Of a stretch of 64,000 nucleotides of DNA, positions 19,724-29,303 are shown piece by piece. The notes beneath the pieces were generated by a model. It did not search any database. It saw only the letters and a program-made list of their open reading frames with translations, and was not told where the DNA came from. The DNA comes from Coleofasciculus sp. B1-GNL1-01 (GTDB taxonomy: Bacteria > Cyanobacteriota > Cyanobacteriia > Cyanobacteriales > Coleofasciculaceae). The position numbers were made by a program, and so were the translations under genes. The stretch is taken from assembly GCA_040220235.1 (NCBI GenBank), contig JAVJTO010000053.1. One strand, given 5' to 3'. Within the stretch, counting starts at the first letter, position 1, and each line of letters opens with the position of its first letter.

Positions 19724-21790
19724 CTAAAACACATACTCCACTTCCACAATTTCTGTATATTCAAACTCATTCGGACTGGGTTTAACTAAATCATAATAAA
19801 CACCTCCCAGTTCCATGCGATCGCGATCGCACTCTGGTTTCGGTGAATTGTAAACCAGGACATATTCTCGCCCAATATAGGGTTCCATCTCTTGCGCCAC
19901 TTCTCCTCGCCATTGTGTTTTGGTGACTAACACAACTAACTGATTGGCTAACGTGGGCAGGGTTTGGGCAATTTGGCGGCGGTAAATTTCATCTAAACTA
20001 CCAAAGGGTGAATCCATAACAATGGGAAATGTACTGCTATCGGGTCCCATCAGCGCCTGTTCTTGAATCCAATCCCGCACCCGATCAATAATTCCGCCAA
20101 TAAATGAAAGGCTGAGAATTTGGTTCTCTCCCGTAGACGCCGCCACAAGTTCTTCATTTCCAGAGGTTTTTTCCACTAAGATTAATTCATAGTTCTGATT
20201 CAGTTTAGGCAGATAGGGGGTAAACGAAATACCTGTAAAAATCTCCTGAACTCGCCGTTCTAAAGACGTGCGAAACTGATTATCTAGTCGAGTTCTAACT
20301 TCAATCAATCGTTCAATCGCGTCCTGAGTTGCCGCAATCCGCCGCTGTGCCAAAGCCTGCTTTGCCTCATTCATTTGATGCTTGGAGATTTGCTTGACGA
20401 TGGCTTGGATATCTGTCGCCAATCGTTCAATTTGCTGCTGATTTGCGCCCTTTTCTAAAGTTAAATCCCGCAGGGTTGTATCAATTTCATCTAAGCGTTG
20501 TTGCAGTTTACTGATATCCTCATCCGGAAACGTGATCAGCTTCTTCCTAATATCATCCAATTGAGTTTCAATGCGAGAGAGTTCCGCTCGTTCTTGAGAG
20601 AGAATGATCTGTTGCTGATCCACCTCTGCCCAAAAATCGGGGATTTGCCGTTCAATTTCACCAACCTGTACCCCTAAGCGAATCGCGGTTTCTTCCACAT
20701 CAGCTAATCCCGCTTTATCCATCCAAGCGGCAACCTGTTGATAGGCTGGGGTTCCTTCCTGTAATTGAGTGCCACAGATACAATGCTGACTATGCAGTAA
20801 ATCTTGGACAAATTGCTGTTTAATCCCAACCGGAAGTTCGCCACGCGATCGCAAGTCTTCGACAATGGACTGAAACGCTGTGATTACTGGGGATAATAAT
20901 ACAGTATAGCTACGTGTAGACAGGGCGCGTTTAAGGTTATCTTTTGCCTGTTTAAGCTGCTCTCGATGTAATGTTTGTTGGGCTTCCAGTTCATCCCGTA
21001 GCTGTTGCAACTCTTGAGCGCCACCGAGTTCTAATAAGCGACTACTCAAGGTTTGCTTGACTTCATCATGGTGGGCTAATTCCTGTTCAATTTCAACTTG
21101 GCGATTTGCCAGGGTGTGACTTTTTTGTTCCAGTTGCTTTTGCTCTTTGAGTAGTTTTTTGGTTTGCGAATCGCCGATTAACGATAACTCAGCTTCCAAG
21201 GTTTTTCTGGCTTCCTTGAGATGCTTAATTGAGCGATTTAACACCTCAACGCCGAGCAATGTCTTCGTCGCTTCAGCAATGTCGGCTTTCTTATCAGATC
21301 GGGCAATTTTCTCGATGCGTTCTCCATCAAAGAAGAAGTATTGATGTAAGCTTGCAGGTAAGATACGCCCAATGATATCTTCTGGCAATTGTTGCGGTAG
21401 CAGCCAGCGACCATCATCATCGGCAATTTGCAAATATAACTCACTTTTCCCCTGTTCCACACCTGCTTCTGTCTTGTAGGCGCGGCAGAGTCGCTTTGCC
21501 TGATAGCGTTTATTCTGATGCTCAAACCCAATTTCCACCCAACATTCTACCGACTCTTTCCAAGCTGCTTCACTAATTGCCCGTTTATTCACCAATTGTT
21601 CTTGAGACGCGAACGCCGCCGTGAATTTCTCGTACAGTACCCAAGTGAAGCCATTTAATAGCGTCGTCTTTCCAGCACCATTGTTACCATGAATCACCGT
21701 TGTATTGCGATCGCCTGTTGCCAGAGTTATTTCGGGTGTCTTTCCATAAAACTGGCGAAAATTGCACAGCCGGATTGACCTCAGCTTCAT
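19724..21790 (-). CDS. SMC/Rad50-like ABC ATPase (DndD-like)
   Basis: Walker A GNNGAGKT, YFFFDGE, long coiled coils, central CICG hook, ASTGENQ signature, Walker B IVMDSPFGSLD. Confidence 0.9.
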   Translation of the reverse strand: MKLRSIRLCNFRQFYGKTPEITLATGDRNTTVIHGNNGAGKTTLLNGFTWVLYEKFTAAFASQEQLVNKRAISEAAWKESVECWVEIGFEHQNKRYQAKRLCRAYKTEAGVEQGKSELYLQIADDDGRWLLPQQLPEDIIGRILPASLHQYFFFDGERIEKIARSDKKADIAEATKTLLGVEVLNRSIKHLKEARKTLEAELSLIGDSQTKKLLKEQKQLEQKSHTLANRQVEIEQELAHHDEVKQTLSSRLLELGGAQELQQLRDELEAQQTLHREQLKQAKDNLKRALSTRSYTVLLSPVITAFQSIVEDLRSRGELPVGIKQQFVQDLLHSQHCICGTQLQEGTPAYQQVAAWMDKAGLADVEETAIRLGVQVGEIERQIPDFWAEVDQQQIILSQERAELSRIETQLDDIRKKLITFPDEDISKLQQRLDEIDTTLRDLTLEKGANQQQIERLATDIQAIVKQISKHQMNEAKQALAQRRIAATQDAIERLIEVRTRLDNQFRTSLERRVQEIFTGISFTPYLPKLNQNYELILVEKTSGNEELVAASTGENQILSLSFIGGIIDRVRDWIQEQALMGPDSSTFPIVMDSPFGSLDEIYRRQIAQTLPTLANQLVVLVTKTQWRGEVAQEMEPYIGREYVLVYNSPKPECDRDRMELGGVYYDLVKPSPNEFEYTEIVEVEYVF

Positions 21791-22032
21791 TGCACTTCTT
21801 CCTTGACAATTCTCAAGATGTCATCATTGATATGGCGGGGGGTCTTCATATAAAGTTTATCTTTTTCGGCTTGTAACACTCTCTCTATAATCCGACGTAC
21901 CTCTGGCGGCGCACTGGTAATGGGTTCTTGTACGTCCAAGATCGCCGCATTTCGATGATAGGCGGAACGCTTTTCCGATAAGATTCTGGAGATGGCTTGC
22001 GTGGCTATGTCCGGATATTTAAATGTCATCAC
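21787..22032 (-). CDS. Small hypothetical protein translationally coupled to the SMC-like ATPase
   Basis: 81 aa; its stop overlaps the ATPase start (ATGA). Confidence 0.75.
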   Translation of the reverse strand: MMTFKYPDIATQAISRILSEKRSAYHRNAAILDVQEPITSAPPEVRRIIERVLQAEKDKLYMKTPRHINDDILRIVKEEVQ

Positions 22033-22240
22033 CTGATCGGGGGTTGACGAAAATTAAAATTATTATTACTATTATATGTTTTTCCACATTTATTTTTGAC
22101 AGTTGTGTTGCCTTTACAGCTTTGTTAAGCTAATGTAATATGTAGTTAGTTTAAGCAGGGTGTTTGTTAGTGAAGAATTATGCATTTATTTAAACAAGCG
22201 CTGCAACATTTGCGTTTTAGGAGTAAAGTTGAAAACTGAT

Positions 22241-22285
22241 TTGAAAGTTTTGCTCTTGAAAGTTTTGCTCTTGAAACTTTTGCTC
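22241..22285. repeat. Three tandem 15-mers TTGAAA(G/C)TTTTGCTC
   Basis: Contiguous direct repeats in a divergent intergenic region. Confidence 0.9.
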
Positions 22286-22560
22286 ATAGTCGGTATTTTG
22301 TCCAAAGTACGGGTATAGGATTTTTAGTACAACTGGGTGATGCTTATGCTTTATCACCCTTGTACCTTTTATCGATATCACTCTCTACTATAACAATCCC
22401 AGACCAAATGGTGGGTAGGCTGGGTTGGTTATAACCGCATCAAGATTCATCAAAATCATCTGCATACAAACCAATTGAGGCACAGACAATCCCTCGGTTT
22501 CCCCAGGAGTCTATGCCACATCCTCATTGTTCAAATTAGACACAACGGTTAAGACCTCTC

Positions 22561-23751
22561 ATGAAAAAACCAATTTTTGCTCTAGGATTTACTGTATTTT
22601 CCTTCATGTTGCCCACAGAGACTTTAGCGGCTACATTCAGCAAAATGTATGTCTTTGGTGATAGTCTCTCAGATCCGGGTAATATTTTCAATGCCACAAC
22701 AGCTGCCAATAACCTACCGCCTGAACAAATACCTCCTGGTACTGAAATACCGCCCGTTGAACCTCCTGTTCCTCCCTACGACGAGGAGGGACGGTTTTCT
22801 AATGATTTAGTTTGGAGCGATTATTTAGCACAGGCTTTGGACATAGATCTCACACCTTCTACGGAATTATCTGTGCTGTCTCCCGATTTGCCTATCCCTT
22901 CTCCCATCACAATCATTAACGGTCAACCTCAAGTTAGCCCCTTCTTTAATGGTGCGACAGCTACCAACAGCGTGAACTTCGCCTTCGGTGCGGCGCAAAC
23001 TGGAAGCCAAGGGGTTGGTGAGTTGGGTGAACTGATACCGGGAATATTAACTCAGGTTGATTGGTTTGAAGATGATCTAGCGGTAGCGGATCAACAAGCC
23101 AATGAGGACGCACTCTATATTGTATGGGGAGGTCCTAACGATTACCAGCTTGTGTCTGACCCTGACCCGATGGAAACAGTAGGAAATTTAGCCGAAGCGG
23201 TACAAACACTCTATGATTTAGGAGCGCGTAATTTCCTTGTCCCGAACTTGCCAGATTTGGGTAAAACCCCTCGCGCACTTGATGCTGGCGAGGATGTATC
23301 CAATACCCTGACATTCTTATCTCAAACCCATAACACTCTATTAGACACAAGTCTAGCTAGCTTGAGCCAATTGGATAACATCAATATTGCACAGCTTGAT
23401 GCTTTTTCGCTCCTGAATCAAACCATCGCCAATCCAGAAGCCAAGGGTTTCACTAATGTCACCGACCCTTGCATTCATCCCCTCAAGGATGACGGTAAAT
23501 TAGATGGAACACAAGAGTTTGAAGTCTGTGATAACCCAGATGAGTATTTGTTCTGGGATGGTATTCACCCAACCACAGTTGCCCATGCACAACTCGCCGA
23601 CGATGCACTAGAAGCTCTAGATTCAGAACCCCAGTCGGTTCCTGAACCGGGTTCGTCCGCCGCATTTGGATTGTTGGGACTCGGTTGGTTCGCTCATAAG
23701 CAATTCAAGAAATCTCAGGCAAACTCTAAAACCAAAGAGGAGAGTAAGTAA
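22561..23751 (+). CDS. Secreted SGNH/GDSL hydrolase with PEP-CTERM sorting signal
   Basis: Signal peptide, VFGDSLSD, GRFSN, GPND, FWDGIHPT; C-terminal VPEP + TM + basic tail. Confidence 0.93.
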   Translation: MKKPIFALGFTVFSFMLPTETLAATFSKMYVFGDSLSDPGNIFNATTAANNLPPEQIPPGTEIPPVEPPVPPYDEEGRFSNDLVWSDYLAQALDIDLTPSTELSVLSPDLPIPSPITIINGQPQVSPFFNGATATNSVNFAFGAAQTGSQGVGELGELIPGILTQVDWFEDDLAVADQQANEDALYIVWGGPNDYQLVSDPDPMETVGNLAEAVQTLYDLGARNFLVPNLPDLGKTPRALDAGEDVSNTLTFLSQTHNTLLDTSLASLSQLDNINIAQLDAFSLLNQTIANPEAKGFTNVTDPCIHPLKDDGKLDGTQEFEVCDNPDEYLFWDGIHPTTVAHAQLADDALEALDSEPQSVPEPGSSAAFGLLGLGWFAHKQFKKSQANSKTKEESK

Positions 23752-23779
23752 TCATGTAGAGACGTTGCAGCCAACGTCT

Positions 23780-24748
23780 CTATATTTCAGAGAATAAAGG
23801 CATCGGCTTGGGTCTGGGTTCTTGGCAATCTTGCTGGGACGTGGGATAGAATTTGCGAGCGTAAATAACTTGAGTTAAGAGTTGCCAACCTTTCCGAGAA
23901 AACAAAGCGGGAAATAACAGGGAAAGCGCCTGATCAAATTTCCCTTGCTTGAAGCCCACTAAACTCCAGTACAATGTCAAAAAATCCTGAATATCTTGCA
24001 ACGAGGGCAGAGAATCACGATACTTGGGATGGACAAATTTATAAATTTTTTCTTTAATCGAGATATGCTTTTGCAGACGCTGTTGGAGGGAAAACTTGAG
24101 ATGATTCCCTTGATGCCATAACGTCCGGTAGGCTAAATGCTGATTGACTAAGATGGCATCTCCATATTGGGCAATTTTCACCCACGAGTCAATATCATCA
24201 TAGTTCACTTCAAAGCTGGAATCCCATCCCCCCGATTTGACAAAGGCATCTTTGCGAAAGGCAACTTGTACAGGTGTCCCAAAGGGAAGTTGCTCTAAAA
24301 GCATCCGATAATGAACCTCAGTCTGAGGCACATAATTGATGTTGCGATCGCTGATTGGTTGGGTACGTGATACTTCTCTACCATTCTCGTTAACTTGTAT
24401 CGCTTGACTAGAACAGAGAACGGCTTGGGGGTATCTGGCGATCGCCTTAGTTAATTCCTCAATACAATTAGAGGCAAGATAGTCATCATCGTCAATGGGT
24501 TTAATCCAATCCCCTTGCGCTAGCTTAACGGCGGCGTTCATCGTGGCGCAATGTCCCAAGTTAACGGGATTGCGGTGATAAACCACGCGATCGCCTAAAC
24601 TACGGATGTATGCCTCTGTACCATCAGAGGAACCATCGTCAGCAACAATCACTTCACAGGGTAACGTTTGTGCCAATGCTGATTCAACGGCTCGTTTCAG
24701 CAGAGACAAACGGTTGTAGGTGGTGATGACAATCGTAAATTTAAACAC
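23780..24748 (-). CDS. Glycosyltransferase family 2
   Basis: IVITTYNR, VADDGSSDGT, IDDDD. Confidence 0.93.
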   Translation of the reverse strand: MFKFTIVITTYNRLSLLKRAVESALAQTLPCEVIVADDGSSDGTEAYIRSLGDRVVYHRNPVNLGHCATMNAAVKLAQGDWIKPIDDDDYLASNCIEELTKAIARYPQAVLCSSQAIQVNENGREVSRTQPISDRNINYVPQTEVHYRMLLEQLPFGTPVQVAFRKDAFVKSGGWDSSFEVNYDDIDSWVKIAQYGDAILVNQHLAYRTLWHQGNHLKFSLQQRLQKHISIKEKIYKFVHPKYRDSLPSLQDIQDFLTLYWSLVGFKQGKFDQALSLLFPALFSRKGWQLLTQVIYARKFYPTSQQDCQEPRPKPMPLFSEI

Positions 24749-25639
24749 AATGCAAGATCCGCCTCGACTTATAGACCATTATCTAACAGGTTTTCTGAAA
24801 TTCCCATAAAGCCAGGATAAAGATTTAGGTATTTTCCACAATACCTATTGATACCCTTACTTAAGTGCATTTATCTCTTACCATAAAATACTCCCGATTC
24901 CCACCGATCTATTTACGTAAAATTACTGATATTTCAACGATTAAATAATAAACCTATCCTTTTTCGACTCAAGAGGCATCCGCCATTTTACGGAAAAAAT
25001 CAGCACGAAGACTTAATTGCCCTGTCCTTTGTGAGCATGAGGACAAGGGTACAGGAAATAGCGAACGGTAAGGATTTGACGCTTTTTAACATTTCTTAAC
25101 ACAACGGACAGTATTTATGTCTAGGTACTGACCGGACTTGATATGACCCAATACCCCCTCTGACCAAGTCCGTGAAAATCCTTACTGGACAGGCTTTTCC
25201 GTCTCTATCTGTTTTCACAAATCATGGAGACTAGCGATAGAGACGCGATCGCGTCGCCTTTAGCCGATGGATTGAGGAAAAAAAGTAACGAATTTAACCT
25301 AAAATACAATAAAGGGGGTTTTGATCATGCGCTCTGTCCCTGATTCCTCACGTCTGGCACGCCCAGAGCAACAACCCGCCAGGGATGCAAAAATCTTGTC
25401 AGCTCTCTTCAGCAAATCTCGGAGACTCAATCATGAAAGTATTCACACCGATTGACATGACGGCTACGAGTTCTTTAAGACTTGAAGCAATTCAACACTA
25501 TATTTTAGAAAAAATTAATAAATTTATAATGGCTCCTCTAATACAATTTTGGCGCTTCAGCAGTTATTATGGAGCGTTTATTACCCAGACAAATTCTCCA
25601 GAGAAATAATAAAATAAGTAAATTAACCCTAAAAACAGC

Positions 25640-27145
25640 TTAATTGGCTGGACAAGTATTTTTGGTTCGACGCTTCCAGATCCAACCTGGCTCAGGTTCA
25701 CTAATTTCTATCCAACCGTCTTCTTCTTTTCCAGTCAGAGTAAGTTGAGTATCTTTTGGGAAAACCGTCCCCGTTTTCTTGCGTCCAGACAACGAGCGTA
25801 AATTGGTGGGTGTGGTAACAATGACGCAACTCTGGGCGGGTTCAGGTTCAGGTGGATGGGTTTCAGATTCAGATTTAGGGAGATGGGTTGGCGGTTTTGG
25901 TAAAGGTGGATTTGTGGCTTCAGATTGAAGTTGATTCTGGGTGAGTTCTACATTGTTTTGCGGCGTCGTTGGCGATGTTGATAATCGGTTAATCCCCGAA
26001 ATCGCGATCGCGCCTAGGGCAAAAGCGCCTACCCCAATTAATATGGATACGGTGCGAGGCGAGTCAGCAATAGGACTTTGGGAAGACGAGGAACTGACAG
26101 GCGATGGGGAATGATTCACCGGAGCAACGGTTACTGTCTTCTGGTCGGAATTCGCAGATCGAGGTGCTGGGATGGTGGATGGCGGAGCAGTAGGAGTAGG
26201 ATTAGCGTGATGGGATGCGTTCAGGGAAGGTTTTGCCAGTTTCCCTAGAAAACGAAACGTTTCAGTCAGATAAAAACGTCCTTTATGGTTCACCAAGACT
26301 GCCCAATTTTGGGGGGCGTGAGGATGGGTGAGTGCCTGGAGTGCTTGCAGCGCCTCAGTTGCCGACTGATAGCGATACTTAAAATAGTGACGCACCATCT
26401 TCGTCACGATAATGGCTAACCCTGGACTAACTTCAGCATATTGTTGCCAGATGATCTCCCCCGTCTCTTGATCTTCAACCAACTGAGTTGGACTTAACCC
26501 CGTCAGCGCTTGGATAGCAATCATGCCTAACGCATAAATATCACTGTTGGGGCGGGGTCTACCTTGTCCCTGTTCACTCGGCATATAACCGGGCGTACCA
26601 ATACCCACAGTATCACTGACGGCGGCTTGAGCCATGATCGATGGCATTTGCACTTGCTTCACCGCGCCAAAGTCAACCAGAACCAGCTTATTATCTATCG
26701 CGTGGCGGATTAAATTATCCGGTTTGATATCTCGATGGATAACATGATTACTATGGACGAATTCCAGGATGGATAAAACTTCTTGTAACAGTTGAATCAC
26801 CTGGTCTTCCTGCCAACGTTGACCCGGTTGCAGTTCTACACTCAGGGGATGTCCGGCAATGAAATCCTGGACTAGGTAAAACTCTTGGTTATCCTCAAAG
26901 TAAGCTAACAACCGGGGAATCTGGTCATGAGTACCAAGCTTTTCCAGGGTTTCAGCTTCTCCATTAAACAGGCGTCTGGCAGTTTGCAGAAAGTCAGGTT
27001 CGCTGGTGGCAGGTTTGAGATGTTTAACCACACAAGTCGGGTTGCCAGGTCGGTGGGTGTCTTGTGCTAGATAAGTATGACCAAATCCACCTTGCCCTAG
27101 AACCTGAACCACTTGGTAACGTTGGTCTAGTAATGCGCCTATCAT
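25640..27145 (-). CDS. Membrane Ser/Thr protein kinase with extracellular SH3b-like domain
   Basis: LGQGGFG, VVKHL, HRDIKPDN, DFG, GTPGYMP; Pro/Ser linker, TM, TNLRS..GWIEI..GWI. Confidence 0.95.
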   Translation of the reverse strand: MIGALLDQRYQVVQVLGQGGFGHTYLAQDTHRPGNPTCVVKHLKPATSEPDFLQTARRLFNGEAETLEKLGTHDQIPRLLAYFEDNQEFYLVQDFIAGHPLSVELQPGQRWQEDQVIQLLQEVLSILEFVHSNHVIHRDIKPDNLIRHAIDNKLVLVDFGAVKQVQMPSIMAQAAVSDTVGIGTPGYMPSEQGQGRPRPNSDIYALGMIAIQALTGLSPTQLVEDQETGEIIWQQYAEVSPGLAIIVTKMVRHYFKYRYQSATEALQALQALTHPHAPQNWAVLVNHKGRFYLTETFRFLGKLAKPSLNASHHANPTPTAPPSTIPAPRSANSDQKTVTVAPVNHSPSPVSSSSSQSPIADSPRTVSILIGVGAFALGAIAISGINRLSTSPTTPQNNVELTQNQLQSEATNPPLPKPPTHLPKSESETHPPEPEPAQSCVIVTTPTNLRSLSGRKKTGTVFPKDTQLTLTGKEEDGWIEISEPEPGWIWKRRTKNTCPAN

Positions 27146-27498
27146 TATAATGTTGAATGTTGTCCGGACGTAAACGTTGCGCCTAATCAGCTTTTCAGGT
27201 AGAAGCTGTGTAATCCGGATTGCAGGGTTTTATCTCATGCGATCGGAACGGGGATTTGAATGTATGCTGAAAAGACAGAAAATGGTACGTCTCTATCCAA
27301 AAAAAGTCACTGATGCGAGAAAATACTACATTTTATGACAGGATACAGAGGTTCTGTGGGAGCGTCCCTCCTGATGTATGACGGCTTGATCACCCCTCAC
27401 AGGTGTTTCTAAATCAATGCACTAAGATTAATCTACGGGATGAGAGATTATAAAAAAACGTTTTTCGCCCCATATTCGCTTCCAGGACGTATCTAGGT

Positions 27499-29106
27499 AT
27501 GGCTGAACTCAAACTGCGCCTGCACCAAGGAAAAACCGAAAAAACGGTGACAGTAAATCAGGATGTATTTACTATTGGTCGCTTACCCGAGTGCGACCTA
27601 ACCTTGCCCTACGAGGGAGTATCCCGATATCATGCTCGGCTGTTGAAAACGGCAACCGACAACTGGATGATTAAGGATATGGGGAGCAAAAACGGGACGC
27701 TACTGAACGAACGTCAGATTACCTCGCCGCAACTGGTGAAAAACGGCGATGTGATTTGGTTGGGGGATGTCAGCCTTGTGGTTGTTTTAGCAACTCCGTC
27801 TCCACGAACCAACACAGTCCCCGTCGAACAGATACCCGCAGAAGCCACCATCCTTCGCAGTGTCAAAGAATTGCAACAGCAATGGATACAAGCCAAAGAT
27901 AAAGGGGATGAACTTAGCGTTAAGGACACAACCATTGCTCGGCTGAAGGATTTGGTCGAGATAGCCAAGGGTTTAAGTGGGGCTGAATCCATCGAAGCCA
28001 TTTTCTCACGGGTCAAGGATGTGGTCTTTCGCTATCTCGAAAGCATCGAACGGATTGCTTTATTGGTGGATGTAACGGGTACAAGGCAACTCGAATTACT
28101 CAATGCGGCATCCAGAAACATCAATCAGCAGCAAAGTTTAGCCGAGTCCAGTCATTGGATTAGTCGGAGTATCTGTCAAAAAGTCTTTACCGAAAAAGTC
28201 GCGATTCAAACCGCCGATGCTCAAGCTGACCAACGTTTTGAGGGAGAAGTCAGTATCCTGTACAAAGGAATTCGCAGTGCGATCGCGGTTCCCCTTTGGG
28301 ATGAAAATAAGGTAGTTGGGGTACTCTATGCCGACGCCCATCACTCATCAACCCATTGGACGCAAGAAGGCGAAGAAGACCTCAGCTTTTTTTCCACTCT
28401 AGCCAACCTCGTGGCATCCAGTGTACAACGCTGGCTCTTGACCCAGAAACTCACCAGCGAAGAAATGATTCGCCAACGGCTAGAACGCTATCACTCCCCC
28501 GCCGTGGTTCAGCAACTGATTGCCTATCGTACCTTACCCGATGGTCGTTTACCCGCCGCTGAAAGCGAAATCAGTATCCTATTTGCCGATATTGTCGGCT
28601 TTACAGCCCTCTCAGAACGCTTAAGTCCAGTCCAGATTGCTCAATTACTCAATAGTTTATTTGAGGAGATGCTACAAGAACTCTTTGCCTTTAATGGCAC
28701 CCTCGATAAATATATTGGCGATTGCATTATGGCATTTTTTGGCGCTCCTGAATCTCAACCGGATCATGCTGACCGCGCCTTGGCGACAGCGAAGGGAATG
28801 CTGAATCGTTTAGATAGACTAAATACGAATGGATTATTACTCGAACCCATACAATTACGGATTGCTGTGAATAGTGGAAAAGCCGTAGTGGGAGATGTCG
28901 GGAGTTCTCAACGGGTCGAATATACTGCCTTAGGCGCAACCATTAATTTGGCGGCTCGAATGGAAGCCATTTGCCCACCTGGAGAATGTGTGATCAGTGA
29001 AGATGCTTATGCTTTACTGACAAACAAGCAAGGATTGCAGCAAATGGGCGAGTATCGATTTAAAGGAATTGATCGACCGGTACAAGTTTATCAAACAAAG
29101 CGATAG
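27499..29106 (+). CDS. cyaD: FHA-GAF-class III adenylate cyclase (CyaD-type)
   Basis: FHA IGR..VSRYHA..DMGSKNGT; GAF IRSAIAVPL..VGVLYAD; cyclase FADIVGFT, DKYIGD, YTALGATINLAAR. Confidence 0.9.
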   Translation: MAELKLRLHQGKTEKTVTVNQDVFTIGRLPECDLTLPYEGVSRYHARLLKTATDNWMIKDMGSKNGTLLNERQITSPQLVKNGDVIWLGDVSLVVVLATPSPRTNTVPVEQIPAEATILRSVKELQQQWIQAKDKGDELSVKDTTIARLKDLVEIAKGLSGAESIEAIFSRVKDVVFRYLESIERIALLVDVTGTRQLELLNAASRNINQQQSLAESSHWISRSICQKVFTEKVAIQTADAQADQRFEGEVSILYKGIRSAIAVPLWDENKVVGVLYADAHHSSTHWTQEGEEDLSFFSTLANLVASSVQRWLLTQKLTSEEMIRQRLERYHSPAVVQQLIAYRTLPDGRLPAAESEISILFADIVGFTALSERLSPVQIAQLLNSLFEEMLQELFAFNGTLDKYIGDCIMAFFGAPESQPDHADRALATAKGMLNRLDRLNTNGLLLEPIQLRIAVNSGKAVVGDVGSSQRVEYTALGATINLAARMEAICPPGECVISEDAYALLTNKQGLQQMGEYRFKGIDRPVQVYQTKR

Positions 29107-29303
29107 CCTTGAATTGTGGATGAGTAGGGTGGGTTAGGCGGTATTTTCACAGAAGCGATAGCCCTTCAATGAACTATCTGCCGTAACCCACCGATGTTAA
29201 CTCGAAGGCGGTATTTTCACAGAAGCACCATCTCAGGGCGGGTTTTGTACAAAGGTTATCATCAATAGCGAAACGCAAGTCCCTAAACCCGCCCCTACAG
29301 CAA

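Noticed and set aside
19724..21790. Complete dnd phosphorothioation or SbcCD locus
   Set aside because: No dndA/B/C/E or sbcD-like gene adjacent
22241..22285. TTGAAA(G/C)-containing repeats as a CRISPR array
   Set aside because: Units are 15 bp and contiguous, with no spacers and no cas genes
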